A DNA stretch of 63,888 bases, counting the filler, from Choristocarpus tenellus KU-1152 (taxonomy: Eukaryota; Protista; Phaeophyceae), in NCBI GenBank assembly GCA_964200185.2. It is 12 parts of 12 records of this genome, joined end to end, with 100 filler letters (N's around TTAATTAATTAA, not from the genome) between each part and the next. Parts side by side here need not be neighbours in the genome. Positions count along the whole stretch, not along the records: positions 12,002 to 18,992 come from CAXNAD020006914.1; positions 19,093 to 29,040 come from CAXNAD020003254.1; 10 more parts are not named here. One strand, given 5' to 3'. Shown piece by piece: positions 13,691 to 27,185 of the stretch. The notes beneath the pieces were generated by a model. It made no database searches, was not told the DNA's origin, and was given only the letters and a program-made list of their open reading frames with translations. Within the stretch, counting starts at the first letter, position 1. The number at the start of each line of letters is the position of its first letter. Position numbers and translations under genes: made by a program.

Positions 13691-16600
13691 TTACGAATGT
13701 AAGGCATGGAGCTGCTTAAAGTCTGTGCCCAGAATACCATTGACCCTGTAGTCTTCCTCCCCCCCACGGATCGAACCCATCCCTTCTAGGATAGGACTTC
13801 CATCCTTGTCCTTGTTGGGAACAACAGTCTCACCCAAAATACCCTGAGGCATGGACCCAAGGCCCACTTCCACAAATCCGAGGTTCATTTGGTATGTGAG
13901 ATGATCTGGAAGGTCAAAGAATCCAGACGGATCCGGCATTGCTAGCTGATGTAGTTTACCGTGATTTAAGCGAAGGGTCATTGTAGGGGTAACAATTTGG
14001 AATGATACGTGCTCAGATTGGTGGTTAAAGAGGTTGCCTTCTTCCTCGGCGTTCCGAACGTATGATTCACATTCGTCAGGATTGGTCTTGGCAAGGTCGC
14101 TAAGGATCCACTCATCCATGTCCTTCACGTTCCGCAGTGTTCGACTGGACTGCTCACTTTGAGCGGCGAGCTCGACTTCATGAACCTTCCGTTGCCAGTA
14201 TTTCTCAAATCCAAAAGGTCTGCACTCACCAGGAAGGTTTGCAGCACTAACTTCCACACCGTTGCCTACAAGGTAATGGCCGGGAGCTGTCACCTCAATG
14301 CCATTTAGGCGAACGGTAAGTGCACCATCTGCAAGGCACGACTTTCCATGACCGCAGAAGGTCTGAATGTTGGTAGTGTCATTGACCAAGATTTCTACTG
14401 TTTTCATGTATCCATCGAAGTCAGGGGTACGAATGCCCAGTCCAGTTATGTATGTGATGATCGGGAGCTCGGGTACTGGAGTAGTCACTCTCATGTTGAT
14501 TGTTACACGCCCATCAGAAACCAGGTTGTACCAGCCACCACTCTCCCCTGTGAACTGGAAATGCTGACCCGAAAATCCTGTCAGGTGAGGATCACCAGTT
14601 GCACCTAACTCGATACAAAAAATTAGCATTTAGTCGTAGGCAAAGACGGCAGCAGTGTTAAGTTCTGTGCATCCAATATTTCATAGGTTGCGTGATATCA
14701 CCATCGAGTGTTTATTAGTTAAATCCCAACAAAAAGTGAGCAGTGTATGTGAATTGAACTTTGAACTTTCCACCTCCTATCCTTATCGAATAACACAACA
14801 CCGTTGCATGCATCAAGCTTTGGAACAACCTATTTTTAAGAGTACCTGGTTTGGCAGTATCTCATACTTCTCCAAAATTCCCAACAAAGTGGAAAATAAA
14901 GTTGAAATGATAATCGATTTTAGCGAACACACTGTTACTTCCACACATCGAAAGAAAAATAGAACTAAGATAGACCCAAGTATATAGAAAAAATGGACGA
15001 ATACAACTGCAGCACAAGCAAGACACAAGAACTTGTCGACAATATACTCGATCATGCTCAACAATACCGAAAATACTCCAACAGATTCTGTAGCTGGTAG
15101 TGTTTGCTTCGTGAACAAAATGCAATGTAAAATTTTAGTGCTCTTCACAACATATTATCAGAACCATCAAACACCAAAGGCACTACTGGTTTCTATACTG
15201 CATATTGTAGTACAAACATGCATTTGTGATTATGTAAACATGTGGTCATAAATAGCACCCAGGTAATCTTGCAACTCACCAAGTTCGCAAATTCCACCGT
15301 TGCACACGCCTTCACAACAGAGTGCTACATCACATGCTTCCCCTAGATTTGGACATGATCTAAAGTTGGCAACGGTGACCTGCAAAATATGTTGTTTAAA
15401 CAAGCAGAACCTAGTACTTAGGGATATTCATGGTAAGGTCTTCTGGGCGCCCTCTGTTTTCCTGTTTGCAATTTTTTCAATTATCTTGAGCACAATAACA
15501 TACACTCTCACCATAGCATCTCGGAGCCTTTGGGCATTATTTGCTGTGGCATTACCAGTGGGAATACCGAGATAATCAACGTCAGGATTTGACCAGTAAT
15601 TTATTTCGTAGACATCTTCATCATTGCAACCATCCGGGTAGGACATGATGGTCAGGAACCTGGTAGTTTGGGATATGAGGGAAATAGATAAAGAGGGTGA
15701 AAGGGCTGCAAATGTATGTTAGGGTCAGAGTGTGAGCAAAAAAGAAGAAACAGTCGATCACACGTCTTCAGAAAGAGGAAGAAAAAATGACAAAGTTGTA
15801 TGGATTATCAATGCTCCTTTCTGTTACACTCCTTCTAGTTATTCTCTAATATGTCTTCCTTGTGTCAACCAATAATATTTTCTGTTAACCCTCAGCATAT
15901 TCATGATCGATTCAAGTCTTCAAAGACAATATAATCTAAATACGTTTTGATGAGGTGGTGATTGTCCAAAAAATACAGACCTTCAAATTGAGAGCAACTT
16001 GAACTTCACTTGGATCGCCAAAATTCTGGTGAGTATACAGATACATCCATTAAAAGTCTTGAAAAAAAAAATGACCACAAAATAAATGCAAATATATTCT
16101 TTAATGTTCTAAGTGAAAAATGGTGGATACTTACACAGTGGGGCCTTCACAGACACGATGACCGTATGCGTAACCGTATCCCGGGTCATCATTGTTCTTG
16201 TCGTGGTTGCACCCCAAGTTGTGTCCAATCTCATGGCTGTGAGTGAACTCTTCGATGCAAGTAACATCAACTGTTGACACACCATCATCTTTCATGGTAG
16301 CGTCTACTGGATTCAGGAATGCCCTGGACAACAACAAGGTAGTACATATGTTAACTTGGCGCGATACACCTGTTACTGAAGTCTTCATATACCTTTAGAT
16401 AAACTTAACTATTTGATCGAAATAGTTGTATGTGTTAATTATGAATTAATAGGAAGCGTGGGAGAAAATGATGCCGTGTAGCATATACCTGACTATGGTT
16501 TGATAAGAGCATACAATCAATCTCTCTGGACTTGCTAATTGCCAAATTCAACCATTACAAACTTCACCTACACAACCTGATATGAAAAAAAGTATAGATA

Positions 16601-18361
16601 CTGGTTTCTCCATGTGCATGGACTTTTTTGAGCATCTAGAAGAGAAATGTACTGCCTCAAGAAAAAGGATCAGCCACTCGTCCTTACCCTAAACCACAGC
16701 TATCTTCAAAGCTGCCAATGATCTGCACAAGATCAGCACTGTGTAGGTCACGCAGGGTGTGTGACCCTTCCACAATTCCATATCTCAAGTCGTTGATGGC
16801 CTGTTCAGAATCATTGATGTCTTCATCATAGTTGGTCTGTATATTCGCACCATATTGGGAAGTGGTGCAACAAAAATTTGAAGAGCAGAGAATCAACCGT
16901 TGTTCAAGTTTGAGTGCGGAAATAAAAGTTATGCATCACGTGAGCCTTCCTTCTAGTGGGAAGATACAATGTGATCTCAATGCGTGAAATTTTCTTGATA
17001 GAAACGTCTATCTTGTGTACAAGCAAGTGATCCTACGAAACATGTCCACTACTATTTTTTCCACACTTTTTTTCTTCGGAGTGCATGATAAACTCTAACT
17101 AAGGTCACCTACACCATCATGATGCACATAAAATTGTACATGTAGCAACTACTGCATACGGAAACCTCAATTTGAGGTGGAACCCACTCCTACGTTGCGT
17201 GGAAATGTACTAGATCAAGTAGACCGATCTTACACTATTCCCTGCTGCAGTACTCTATCTCAGCTCCAGCAGGTGGAGCGTGCAACTCACTCTGCACTGA
17301 TCTTCGAACATTAGAAATACTTTTGACCCCTTAGGCTCAGAACTCATTGTCATAGTTTAACTGCCTCCCACCTCTACACCTCACATACATCATTCCTTGC
17401 CTAAAAAACTTGTATACACAGCCACATGACCTCTCTACCACCATGAAGAAGTGCTCTCACTCGAGAGGAGTCAAGTCTTGTTGAACTCGAGGAAAATATC
17501 CTATCAAGTGCAGAATCTACAAAAAAATATATATTCATGGGTGACCTAATTCGTCAGATCTAATCAAATATCGGGTAGAGATAGCCTCTCCATACGAACA
17601 ATCACTATCTTTTCACAGCACGCGTTGTACCTACCTCACAAAGAAATTATCGAAATTCTGATTAGTGCACAACATAGACTTGACTTAAGGCAATATGCTG
17701 GTCAGAACTACTTATGGCGTGACAGACACTTCAATATCATGCCTACCTAGTGATCCGACTTGGAGATATTAGATTAGATATTATTTTTGTATATCCCCAC
17801 TCATACTTGGGATGAAACACCAATGCGGACTTCTGAACAGTCAGGCTATGAGCAACTCAAATAGAGTACCTATAGTATTACTGCCGTGGGCTATGTACTC
17901 CATTACCATTAATGAATAAGTCAAAGTATCTTAAAGGGCGGAGCTGCGCCCAGTTTGGTGCCAAAATCCAATATTCCGATTTTGATGTAATTTTTGCTAT
18001 TGAGTGTGTTAGGAAGTGTCAATATCCTTCTTCCGGACACACCTTTTCATAATGTATACATTTTACCTACTCTGAAACATTTCGGAGTAGATGAAACGTC
18101 ATAAAATACCCATGGAAAGCCAATCCCCAAATTGACAAAAAGGCCAAACGTCGTACCCTTAAATAACATACTTTCACTCGAATTTGTTTCACATCTTACC
18201 TTCGCTATTTTGACAACATTGAAGGTGAGATCCACTTCAGATCTTTGAAGGCCAACATTTGACCCTTGAAACGCTTCAGCGAGAAAAGATTCCAACTGGG
18301 ATTCCGTAGGAGAGGAGTGAGCAGCGACAGCTTTGTTTGTGTAGAGAACCAGAATATCAAT
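13691..18361 (-). CDS. Zinc metallopeptidase (reprolysin-like / peptidyl-Asp type) + Cys-rich linker + GDPH-initiated VWD-like domain; 5' end missing. Exons 18361-18200, 16836-16688, 16323-16135, 15659-15512, 15379-15280, 14604-13691
   Basis: IDILVLYT, ADLVQII..CGLG, HEIGHNLGCNHD zinc motif, Met-turn TIMSY, NYWSNP, VANFR; CPNLGEACDVALCCEGVCNGGIC; GDPHLTGFSGQHFQFTGESGGWYNL. All introns GT-AG with matching phases. Confidence 0.9.
17918..18179. mobile_element. MITE family A in a peptidase intron, 4-bp TSD GAAT
   Basis: AAGTCAAAGTATCTTAAAGGG...ATACTTTCACTC; GAAT at 17914-17917 and 18180-18183. Confidence 0.92.
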
Positions 18362-18648
18362 CTTTAGCCAAGAGAGCAGAGCAGAGCAGAACAGAGGGGC
18401 ATACGGGAGGTAAAGTTTTGATCTGTATTGCGAAATTTCAACTATCTCTTGACAACCCAAAGATTGAACTATTTTCTCTGTGCCTTTTCCGCGCCTTTAG
18501 AAAGATACCGATTTGAGCATGAGATATACACCTTTTGACATTCTGTCATCAACGGTGAGGGGGCAGGTACAATAGGGCGAGATCTACCCTCTCATCCGTG
18601 TTTTAGATGCCCTGTTAACATCTATGGGGGGTTCGAGGTAAGCCTGCT

Positions 18649-18992
18649 GACCCAAAGTATCTGAGGGGGGGAGTGTCTACAACAGGGTGTCCATTTGGAT
18701 CATAACCAGGAAAAGTGAAATTTCATTATCCATCCACCAAATCACACAAAAATCGAGACATGAAAAAATTGACCCCAAATGAACAGCAGCCGAGTGAAAG
18801 TATCTTAGAGGGTACGATTTCTGCCCTGTTTGTCCATTTGGAGCTTGACTTCCCACAGGTTTTTAATGACATTTTACCTACTCCAAGATGTTCCGGAGTA
18901 GGTAAAATGTATCCATTATGAAAAGGTGTGGGCGGAACAAGGGTATTGACATCTTCTGACAAACATAATAGCCAAAATTTCATCAAAATTGC
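18649..18992. mobile_element. Family B copy (18649-18791) interrupted by a family A copy (18792 to contig end)
   Basis: GACCCAAAGTATCTGAGGGGGG...CCCCAAATGAACAGCAGCC followed directly by GAGTGAAAGTATCTTAGAGGG. Confidence 0.88.
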
Positions 18993-19139
18993 NNNNNNNN
19001 NNNNNNNNNNNNNNNNNNNNNNNNNNNNNNNNNNNNTTAATTAATTAANNNNNNNNNNNNNNNNNNNNNNNNNNNNNNNNNNNNNNNNNNNNCAAGCAAT
19101 CTCGCCGGGTTTATCACCTTTATCCTCTTTGATGATTTT

Positions 19140-19187
19140 GGGGATACTTGAACAGACCCCCTCCCCACCTCCCAGATACTTTGGGTC
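19140..19187. mobile_element. Family B-type terminus
   Basis: C-rich tract + AGATACTTTGGGTC. Confidence 0.65.
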
Positions 19188-19910
19188 TGAAGTAGGATCG
19201 GGTGGTTTGAGGGAACTTTACAACCCCCCCTGGTTCAGTTACCACCTGAACACTCTTTGCCTGAATGATCTTCTGAGGAATTGCTCTCCCTTTTTGACTT
19301 GTCTCTCTTGATCCTGCCTTCTGTGGGTCTTCTTTCTCCTCTTCATCACGAAGAACCTGTCGGCTTGCTTCCATCTGTTCACACACGAATGTCTCTCATT
19401 ATTTATTCTTTCAATTCGGGTATTGTCCTACTACTGTATTACACCCATAGACCTTTATTGTCTTCAACACTTACCGTACTACACCATCCTCTCCCACACT
19501 ACTCTGTTGTTGGGTGGGCCCAAACCCAGGGTGTACCAAACAAGGTGTCCCCTTCTTCGTCTCAGTCCACCTTCTTTCCTGTATCCTTGGTGATCTTGAT
19601 AACGCTCATAGTCCTGGACTTGTCCCGACAAGACGTCTGTCATCGTAACCGCCCCTTTCACTTGAAATTTGTTCAAAAATTCCGGTAAAATGTGGATATT
19701 CCCTCGTTATTTATTTTTTCAATTCAGGTATTTTGCAGGATATATATTGCACCGAGAAACCTGTCTGTGTCTTCGAAACTTACCGTACTACACCATACTA
19801 CACCATACTTTGTTGTCGGGTACACGCAACCCCAGGGCTTACCAAACAAGGTGTCCCCGTCTTCGAGTCTCAGTCCGCATTTCTTGCCTGTAGCCCACCC
19901 TTAATCGGAT

Positions 19911-22900
19911 ATGGGTTTCGATTTTCATGACGGCAAGTTGTTGGTGCAGGAGAAGGCTGGCACGGCAAACGAAGCTGCAGAGGCCCTTGCCAAGGGTTGG
20001 ATTGACACCAAAATCAGGTTTTGCGGCTTTGACCAAACTTTCCATCTTGGCCTTTCCTAAAATACACCTCGACTGGCAATTGTATAGGGTATCGTAGACA
20101 TTGGACGTGGGGTGTATCCATGAGAGATGCAACTGAACTTGTTCTTGTAACCTCATACTGATATTCGCAGCTCTAGCGGAGACTCCCAGATGGGAGACGC
20201 AGATCTCAAGGAGGTGTACCTCTCCTCCGTGGACGAGGAAGGCCGTGTCTGGGCAAGCGCTGTCATGGGGCACAACCCTGGCTTCCTGGTGTATGCAGAC
20301 CATGATGGGTACGTTGGGTGGATCACAAGAACTAGATGCCGTACTCATCCCACAAGATCTGTTCATACAAAACGCATAAACTACCTTTGGTGTTGGATTT
20401 ATTGGGTATGGTTGAGGCTCGATGAGAACAACAACACACAGAGGTTTGGCTGATGGCTCCAGTATTGTTAACTATACGACCTGCCAACTCTGTGCCAACC
20501 CTAAACGACTATCTCGATCTTTCAGGAAGACGATAGTGACCATTTCCACCAGCAACAGGAATTTCGTTACGTATCGAGGAGATCCTCTTGAGCTGAACAT
20601 TCAGCACAAACGAGCACCGCTCGGCATGTTGCTCATGGGTATGAAGAATCGACGTCGATACAGGTGACCGGGTGATCCTTGTTGGATTTCTTCATAATGT
20701 GAATCGTAACACATAGAATTGAATCAACCAGATCTAGATGCTGCAATTATCGATCACCCTTTCACATTTCTCTCTCGGTCTAGGATTAACGGGGTCATTA
20801 TCGCTGCGGAGTCCAACAGCAACGCTTTGCGATTCGAGGTAATCATGGCCATGGGTAACTGCCCGAAGTATGTTCATGTAAGGGAGCTTGTGAAGGAAAG
20901 TGAGATGCTGCGGGAGCCGCACATAAAGGTGAGAAAATTTGTCCTTAAATGAGGTTATGCTTTTAATCCTTGCTAAATGCTAGTGTCATCTCTCACTAGA
21001 GGATAGGCCTCGGTCTCCTGGAACTCTTTCTCAACAAGGTGCGAGCCCACACCTACCGAATCCTTATATTTCTATATGCTCAACAACCTGGCATCCTCCA
21101 CCTGTCCCTGCTGTACCCTTGATATTCCTTGGCCTTCTTTCCACCAGAGGTGAACTGTCTTGTCGCAGGCGCAGCAAAGGTGGATATCCTCTGCTGAGAC
21201 GTTTGTGCTCGCAACTTATACCGACACGGTCAATGGTGGAGCAGATGCTTCGAACAAAGGTGGAAATCCAGGCTTCGTGAAGGCCACAGACGAACGCACG
21301 ATCGTGTTTCCAGATTACAAGGTCGGAATCCAAAATCACCTTCTGGCAGTGACTGGACTCCATCTATCCTATCTGTAGAATTCTATCCCTTTATTTTATT
21401 CTCATGTCGTGTAGAGGGAATCCCCCTTCGCAGGTTGGTTCAGTATTTCCACAGGCACGACCCCAACTCGAGTGTCACAGTGCCTGGTGTTATGCCATTA
21501 TAGTCTTCATTGTCATGTAGAAAACGCTTTTGAACGATTTTCTCTTTCCCATGCCTCTCAGGGAAACGACTTGTACCTCAGCCTTGGCAACATTGTTGCC
21601 AATCCGCGGGCAGGTCTACTCTTTATTCAGCGTGACACAGGTGCACATACATGATGCCACCTCACCGTTGAATATATTCTGCATTGCAACAGGAGTGTAC
21701 TATGACTCAAATATGCTGCACTTGAGCAGCGGATAGTATATTTGTAAGCAGCAAATATGTGATACCAACTGGTGTACATTAAGGTTTCATAACCCAGAAG
21801 TGTGTTTTGTGCCCTCTTTATTCAGGCGATTGTTTCACATTGGAAAGGATGTGTGCCTTGACTATGTGAAGGGGATGGTAAAGAATATCTCAACAAGGAA
21901 GTTAATCTTTTTTCACCGTGCTTTCTTGCCCTCCCTCTTTCTCCACAAATAACCATTAGGTGATGTCCTCCAAGTCACTGGTGAAGCCCGAATTATATGG
22001 GGTGGCGATGACTTCCCTGGCATAGGAAGTGGACCAAGCAAGCATGTAGAGATTAAAGTCCTTGCTGTGATTGAGGCCCTTGCAGCAAATCCCCATCGCA
22101 TGAGAATGGTCGAAATGTCACCCTTCAATCCACCCCTTCCTCGACCATCTCCTCCTGTGACTGGTATTGGGGGCAGAATCTTGTCGACCTCTGTTGTTGG
22201 GGGTGAGAGGGTTAACTCAACTTTGCAGCAGGGGCAGCTGATGAGGTGTACGGAGGTGATTTCAGTCGCAGATGGGATCAAGAGCTTCCGTTTTTGTCCT
22301 GTATCAACACCAGCAAGTGGCAACAAAGGGGAAATAGAGTGGACTGGCGGCCAAGTGAGGACCTAGATTTGGGCACACTCCCGGCTCTTGCTGGTCTAAA
22401 ACCCTTTACATACTGTGAATGCACATGAAAATTGTCCTTGTACAGAGAAAGTATATTATAGTACCCTTGAAGACAATGTTTGCTCACATTTGTGTTGAGA
22501 TATACTAAGCTTATATATATATACATGCTGGTTGTGCAGTCCCTTACCTGACCTTGCCCACTGTCATGTATCTCTCACATCTCAACACTGTTGCAACTCT
22601 TTCTGTTACAGTACGCTACATTATTTTTACCCTCAGGTGGCGAGGGCGCAAAAGCACAAAGCCAAGGGCTATTCCGCTTACCACCACAGGGTATGGGGGA
22701 AAGGAAGGGGAGGGATGACGGAGGAGAAAGTGTTGTCGTCAGGAACTGGACAATTACATCAGTTGGGAATAATTGTGGTCCGCTTGAGATAACTGTGAAA
22801 GCTAAGGTGAACGATATGCTGTGTGCAGACTGAAGAATGAGTGTTTGGACTCAAATTTGGCTCAAAGTATCTGAGGGAGGATGGGGGGGTGCTACACCAG

Positions 22901-24747
22901 GGTGTACATTTGGGCCCTGACTAGGAGAAGTGAACTTACATTATCCATCCGATGCATGCAACCAAATCACCCAAAAATCGCAACATGAAAAAATGGGCCC
23001 TGAATGTACTGTCGCCACTCCCCCCAGATACTTTGAGCCTTTAGCTACTACATTCGCTGTACTGTTCAAAGCCTGGGCAGGCAATTTCATTGTGCTTATC
23101 TCGAAATCATTCTCAGGGAACAACAAACAGTATCTGTTCTGCTCTGTACCTACAAAGCACAAGTAGATGTAGACCATTTTCCCTTTATTACTTTCAATAT
23201 GTACTGCTTGAACATACTTGTAGGATATCTTAAATCAGCTGTTGTATAGGAACACATCTTTGATTGTAAGCAATACAGATTCTATTCTTGTGCTTGTTGT
23301 GCTCTCTTGCACGTCCCCCATCTCCCTGACAGAGTCTGCAAATGTCATTAGACATGTTGTACGATAGTGTACTGCAGTATGTACAACTTCTGTGAACTGT
23401 AATTCATATTCTTAAACTAACATGAGTGCTTCGAAAAGCTTTGAAGTAAGGTATTTTCGGTTCGTTTGTTCCCCACTGCTAACACGAAAACAAGACTGGA
23501 GGTGTCTCAGAGCAGCTGCACAGGGAGTTGCGCCCTGGGGACCTGGTGAGGGCTACAGTGGGCGGCAATTTTACCCTGCCTTCTTGCCTTGGAACACAAC
23601 CAGCCCGTGAGGATAAGATCCTTCTCTTGAGCGCTGGTATTGGAGTCACGCCTATGCTAGCTGCTATTCGCTGGCTGGAGGCAGAAAGGGGTGGAGGGGG
23701 AAAATGTGGGGTAGTTACAAGCGATTTGTCAGAGTAAGTGTTATGTCACCCCTAAAATGCTGCGTGTATTTCTAAGAGTCGTGTAATACTCAGTCTGCAC
23801 GTGTGTATGTTGGCTTAGAAGATATTTGTGAAGCTTAAGTTAATAAAATACTGGGCAGCATTCCTCTTGGATGTAGCTAAGTCTTGCTACACTTCCAGAG
23901 TAGCACTGATGGTGTTGTAAAAAGTAGTTGTTTGCAGTGGACATTAAAAGTTGCAGAGGAAGAGAAGGCTCAAGGTTGGTGGGCTCTCAGTTCCCTGCAT
24001 ATATCGCAACATTGTTACATACTTGAAGCATCAAATGAACACATGTTCCATGTACTGTGCGCTCTGATAGTGCCAAGTGACAACTAGTAGACCATTGAAT
24101 GAGTGACTATTATGTATAGAGATGTCTACATTACTATTTCTCACCTTTTACTACCCATTTCACCCTCTCATCAGACATTAAGGTGAATTCCACATGCTAA
24201 ATGTGCAAGTACGATAAGTAGATCCCCTCTTCTTTGTTTTTTTTCCTTTCTCGCTCCTCGCCATCCCTTCACCCTACCCCGTTTTCTGACTTCTTAACCG
24301 CTACTGACCTCAAATGGTTACAGCAATTCCTGTCTGTCTCCAGGCTTCCCTGATGTCATCTTGATCCATGCCACACGATCCATGAACAGTGTACCGTTCA
24401 TGGATGAGTTAGAGCGGGCTGCATCAGGCATCCCCTTGTCAAGGTCTTCTCTGTCTTCAAGGCATTCGTGGCTGCAAGTAGTCATTGCTGTCACTGGAAC
24501 TGAAGCTGACGCCTCGTCCGCACGGAGAGGTACTGATGATGAAGACAAAAAGAGGAGGAATGGAGTCAGGGTTTCCATTGTAAAGGGGAGACCAGATACT
24601 GAAATGTTGAAGAGCCATGCGCTCAATTTGTCAGAGAGGCATGTCATGATGTGCGGCCCAGGGTCATTCATGTCTACAATGGAAGGCATGCTTAGGGGGA
24701 TGGGGGTCCCGGGCTCACGAATACACTCTGAAGAGTTTTACTTTTGA
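19911..24747 (+). CDS. Multi-exon oxidoreductase: two pyridoxamine-5'-phosphate-oxidase-like FMN split-barrel domains fused to FNR-type FAD- and NAD(P)-binding domains
   Basis: Exons encode MGFDFHDGKLLVQEKAG, SSVDEEGRVWASAVMGHNPGF, GDPL..NRRRYRING, GNCPKYV, DASNKGGNPGFV, FPDYKGNDLYLSLGNIVANPRAGLLF, VRNWTITS, LLLSAGIGVTPM, MCGPGSFM, RIHSEEFYF*. Confidence 0.92.
22859..23039. mobile_element. MITE family B, intronic, 3-bp TSD TTT
   Basis: GGCTCAAAGTATCTG...CCCCCAGATACTTTGAGCC flanked by TTT. Confidence 0.92.
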
Positions 24748-27185
24748 AGGAGTGCATTTCTGAGGGGCAAGGGACGTACATCACTGTTCTCCTATTTTGT
24801 CTTTTTTTATTGGGGGAGAAAGTGGAGGATGAGTCCTGGAGTTTCCCGCACTTGTAGATAATCTTTGTCGTGCTATCAATCTTGTATTGTAATCTGTATG
24901 AGTATACCAATATGAATCTCCATATTCTCCTATTTTTAGGCAACAACACAAGAACATTGGTGTATAGGAACGTCTTCGCTGGCAATTCCTTGCTGTAAGC
25001 AATGCCCCAATACTTTGTGTGTTTGCATAGATTTTGTAGTGGCTTTGGTGTGTAGTTTTTCTCTGTGTACTTACTAAAACACCATGCACAACATAGATGA
25101 GTGTTGGTCTATAAAGTAGCACTGGGTATTATACTACTTGTCATCATGTACCATAATGACACACAAACAGTCCAACAGAACGATTGTAGCACAAAAGTAT
25201 AAACTAGAGACGTTAAACAGTATACCGGTGGATGCAGATCCAGAGTCATCTCTTATCAAGTTGATGTGAGAGTGAGGCCTTTCCCTTGATTGACACAACA
25301 AGTATGCACAGCTGACGCGTGGACTGCACAGTAGTTAATGGTGCACTCTTGTGTATTTTACATAATTATTGGTGATGTTCAAATGTGTATTCTGGGGCAA
25401 GAATGGATTAGACTACATATGATCTGTTGAGCTTATCCACTGTATGGGGTGTCTACCTTCGATAAGGGGGGACATTGATGCTTCCACATAAAAGTAAAAC
25501 CTTCTCAAACATGACTCAACACCTACAGTGTAGTTGAACAGATTGAGGTTGTGCTGTATGTACTACTATATTTACCGTATATTCCAACACTCAGCAGGTC
25601 GAAATTTTAAAGGAAGGCGATGCATAAATCCTCTGTGCCCTGCAGAGAAATTTTCGAGGCGTTTGCTTGGAAGGAATGACCGTCAGCCATCCTCAATGCA
25701 GTTAAGAGTCAGTTGTATAAACGTAAGTATTGCCACACTGTCGCACTGACAATCATCAACAACTGCACACACAAACGCATTGGCATGGGTGTAAGAAAGG
25801 AGGGCATCAATGTTCCTTTTGTACCTTCAAACCATGGTGGTATCCATGCTTGCTGAGGGTCATAAAGAAGGTGTTAAGGAGTTTCGAGGGACATCATCGC
25901 AGGAAGGGTTCTTGGCGAAATGAAAAGGGTCATCAGAAGGATGTAAGGAAAAAGGTTAATATTTTGTAATTGTTTAAGTACCTTATCATAAAATCGTATA
26001 ATGACAAAGATGTGTAAACAAAAGTTATCAAAGCGAAAATGGACTATAAAAACGAAAAATGAAACTCGTCCGAGAACAAGACCAGCGATAACACGATTTC
26101 ACCATTTACTGCCACCATTTTGGAAGTTGAAGCATAGTTATCAAATTAGATGGCACGTTGAATTGTGTCAGCAAGCTAGTTGACAATTCTCGAGAAAACC
26201 ACCACCAGCTCGTTCGTGGACAAAGTCCGATAGATAGGAATAAATGGAGTTGCCCAGAAGTACTTTGTAAATAATAATATCAAGCATATTCGGTGGAGCA
26301 CCTCATGGAGCCAGCAGTCAATAATATGCTGCGTACCCTAGTTACTTGATGACTATATCAAGTACCATTATGTCCTCGTAGACTCTCACTTTTCTCTTGT
26401 TGGTTCAGGTAGTAGGTAAGTTATGTACGGGAGGTATGTGAAAAGCAGATAATGCTATTTACGTGAAAAGCAAACAATCATCTACTACTTGTATCGATAG
26501 GAGGATAAGTTGTGTGTGCATCATGACGCTACTACTACTGTGAAAAAACCGCCATGAGAGGGACAGCCAGCACCTTGTGCCTAGAACAGGCCAATTCCAC
26601 CTTTGGTAGGTAGCTTGGGTTTTCTGGTATGAGCGAATTTCAAGACAGAACAGGAGTACTACTTTGAGCAATGGTCGTGTCCCTTCTTCGAGCTCTTCCA
26701 ATAACTTAGTGATAACAACTATTAATACATTGTTAAATTGTATAATGGCATGGAAGAGGAAACTCTACTTCTTAATAGTAGCACCTTTCAGAACTCCCCT
26801 TGATGTGTCTTGTACTGTGTCATTTCAACTTGATCCGTGTCGGGTAGCAACAGTCTGAGACCGAGTGAGTGCATATGTCAAGTTCAATTCTTGACTCGGT
26901 TGATAAGCAGCAGCACGGTTTCACATTTCATCCCTCTTTCGAAACAAGATATTAAATGCTCAACAAATATGCCAGCTTACAGTCCGTAACAAGGCTAGAA
27001 CATACAGGTGTAGCACACATGAAGACGTTTTTACGTGGGTTAGAACTTTTGGTTGGTAGGGAATATGCAGGATTGTGTAGTCTGAAAGTAGTAGTGGTAA
27101 TCGTTTTTGGTACGGTGATGATGAACCTATGCTTGGCGGATTACGATCATTGAAAGTCCTACTCGGCTCATTTTCCCCAAGGAAA

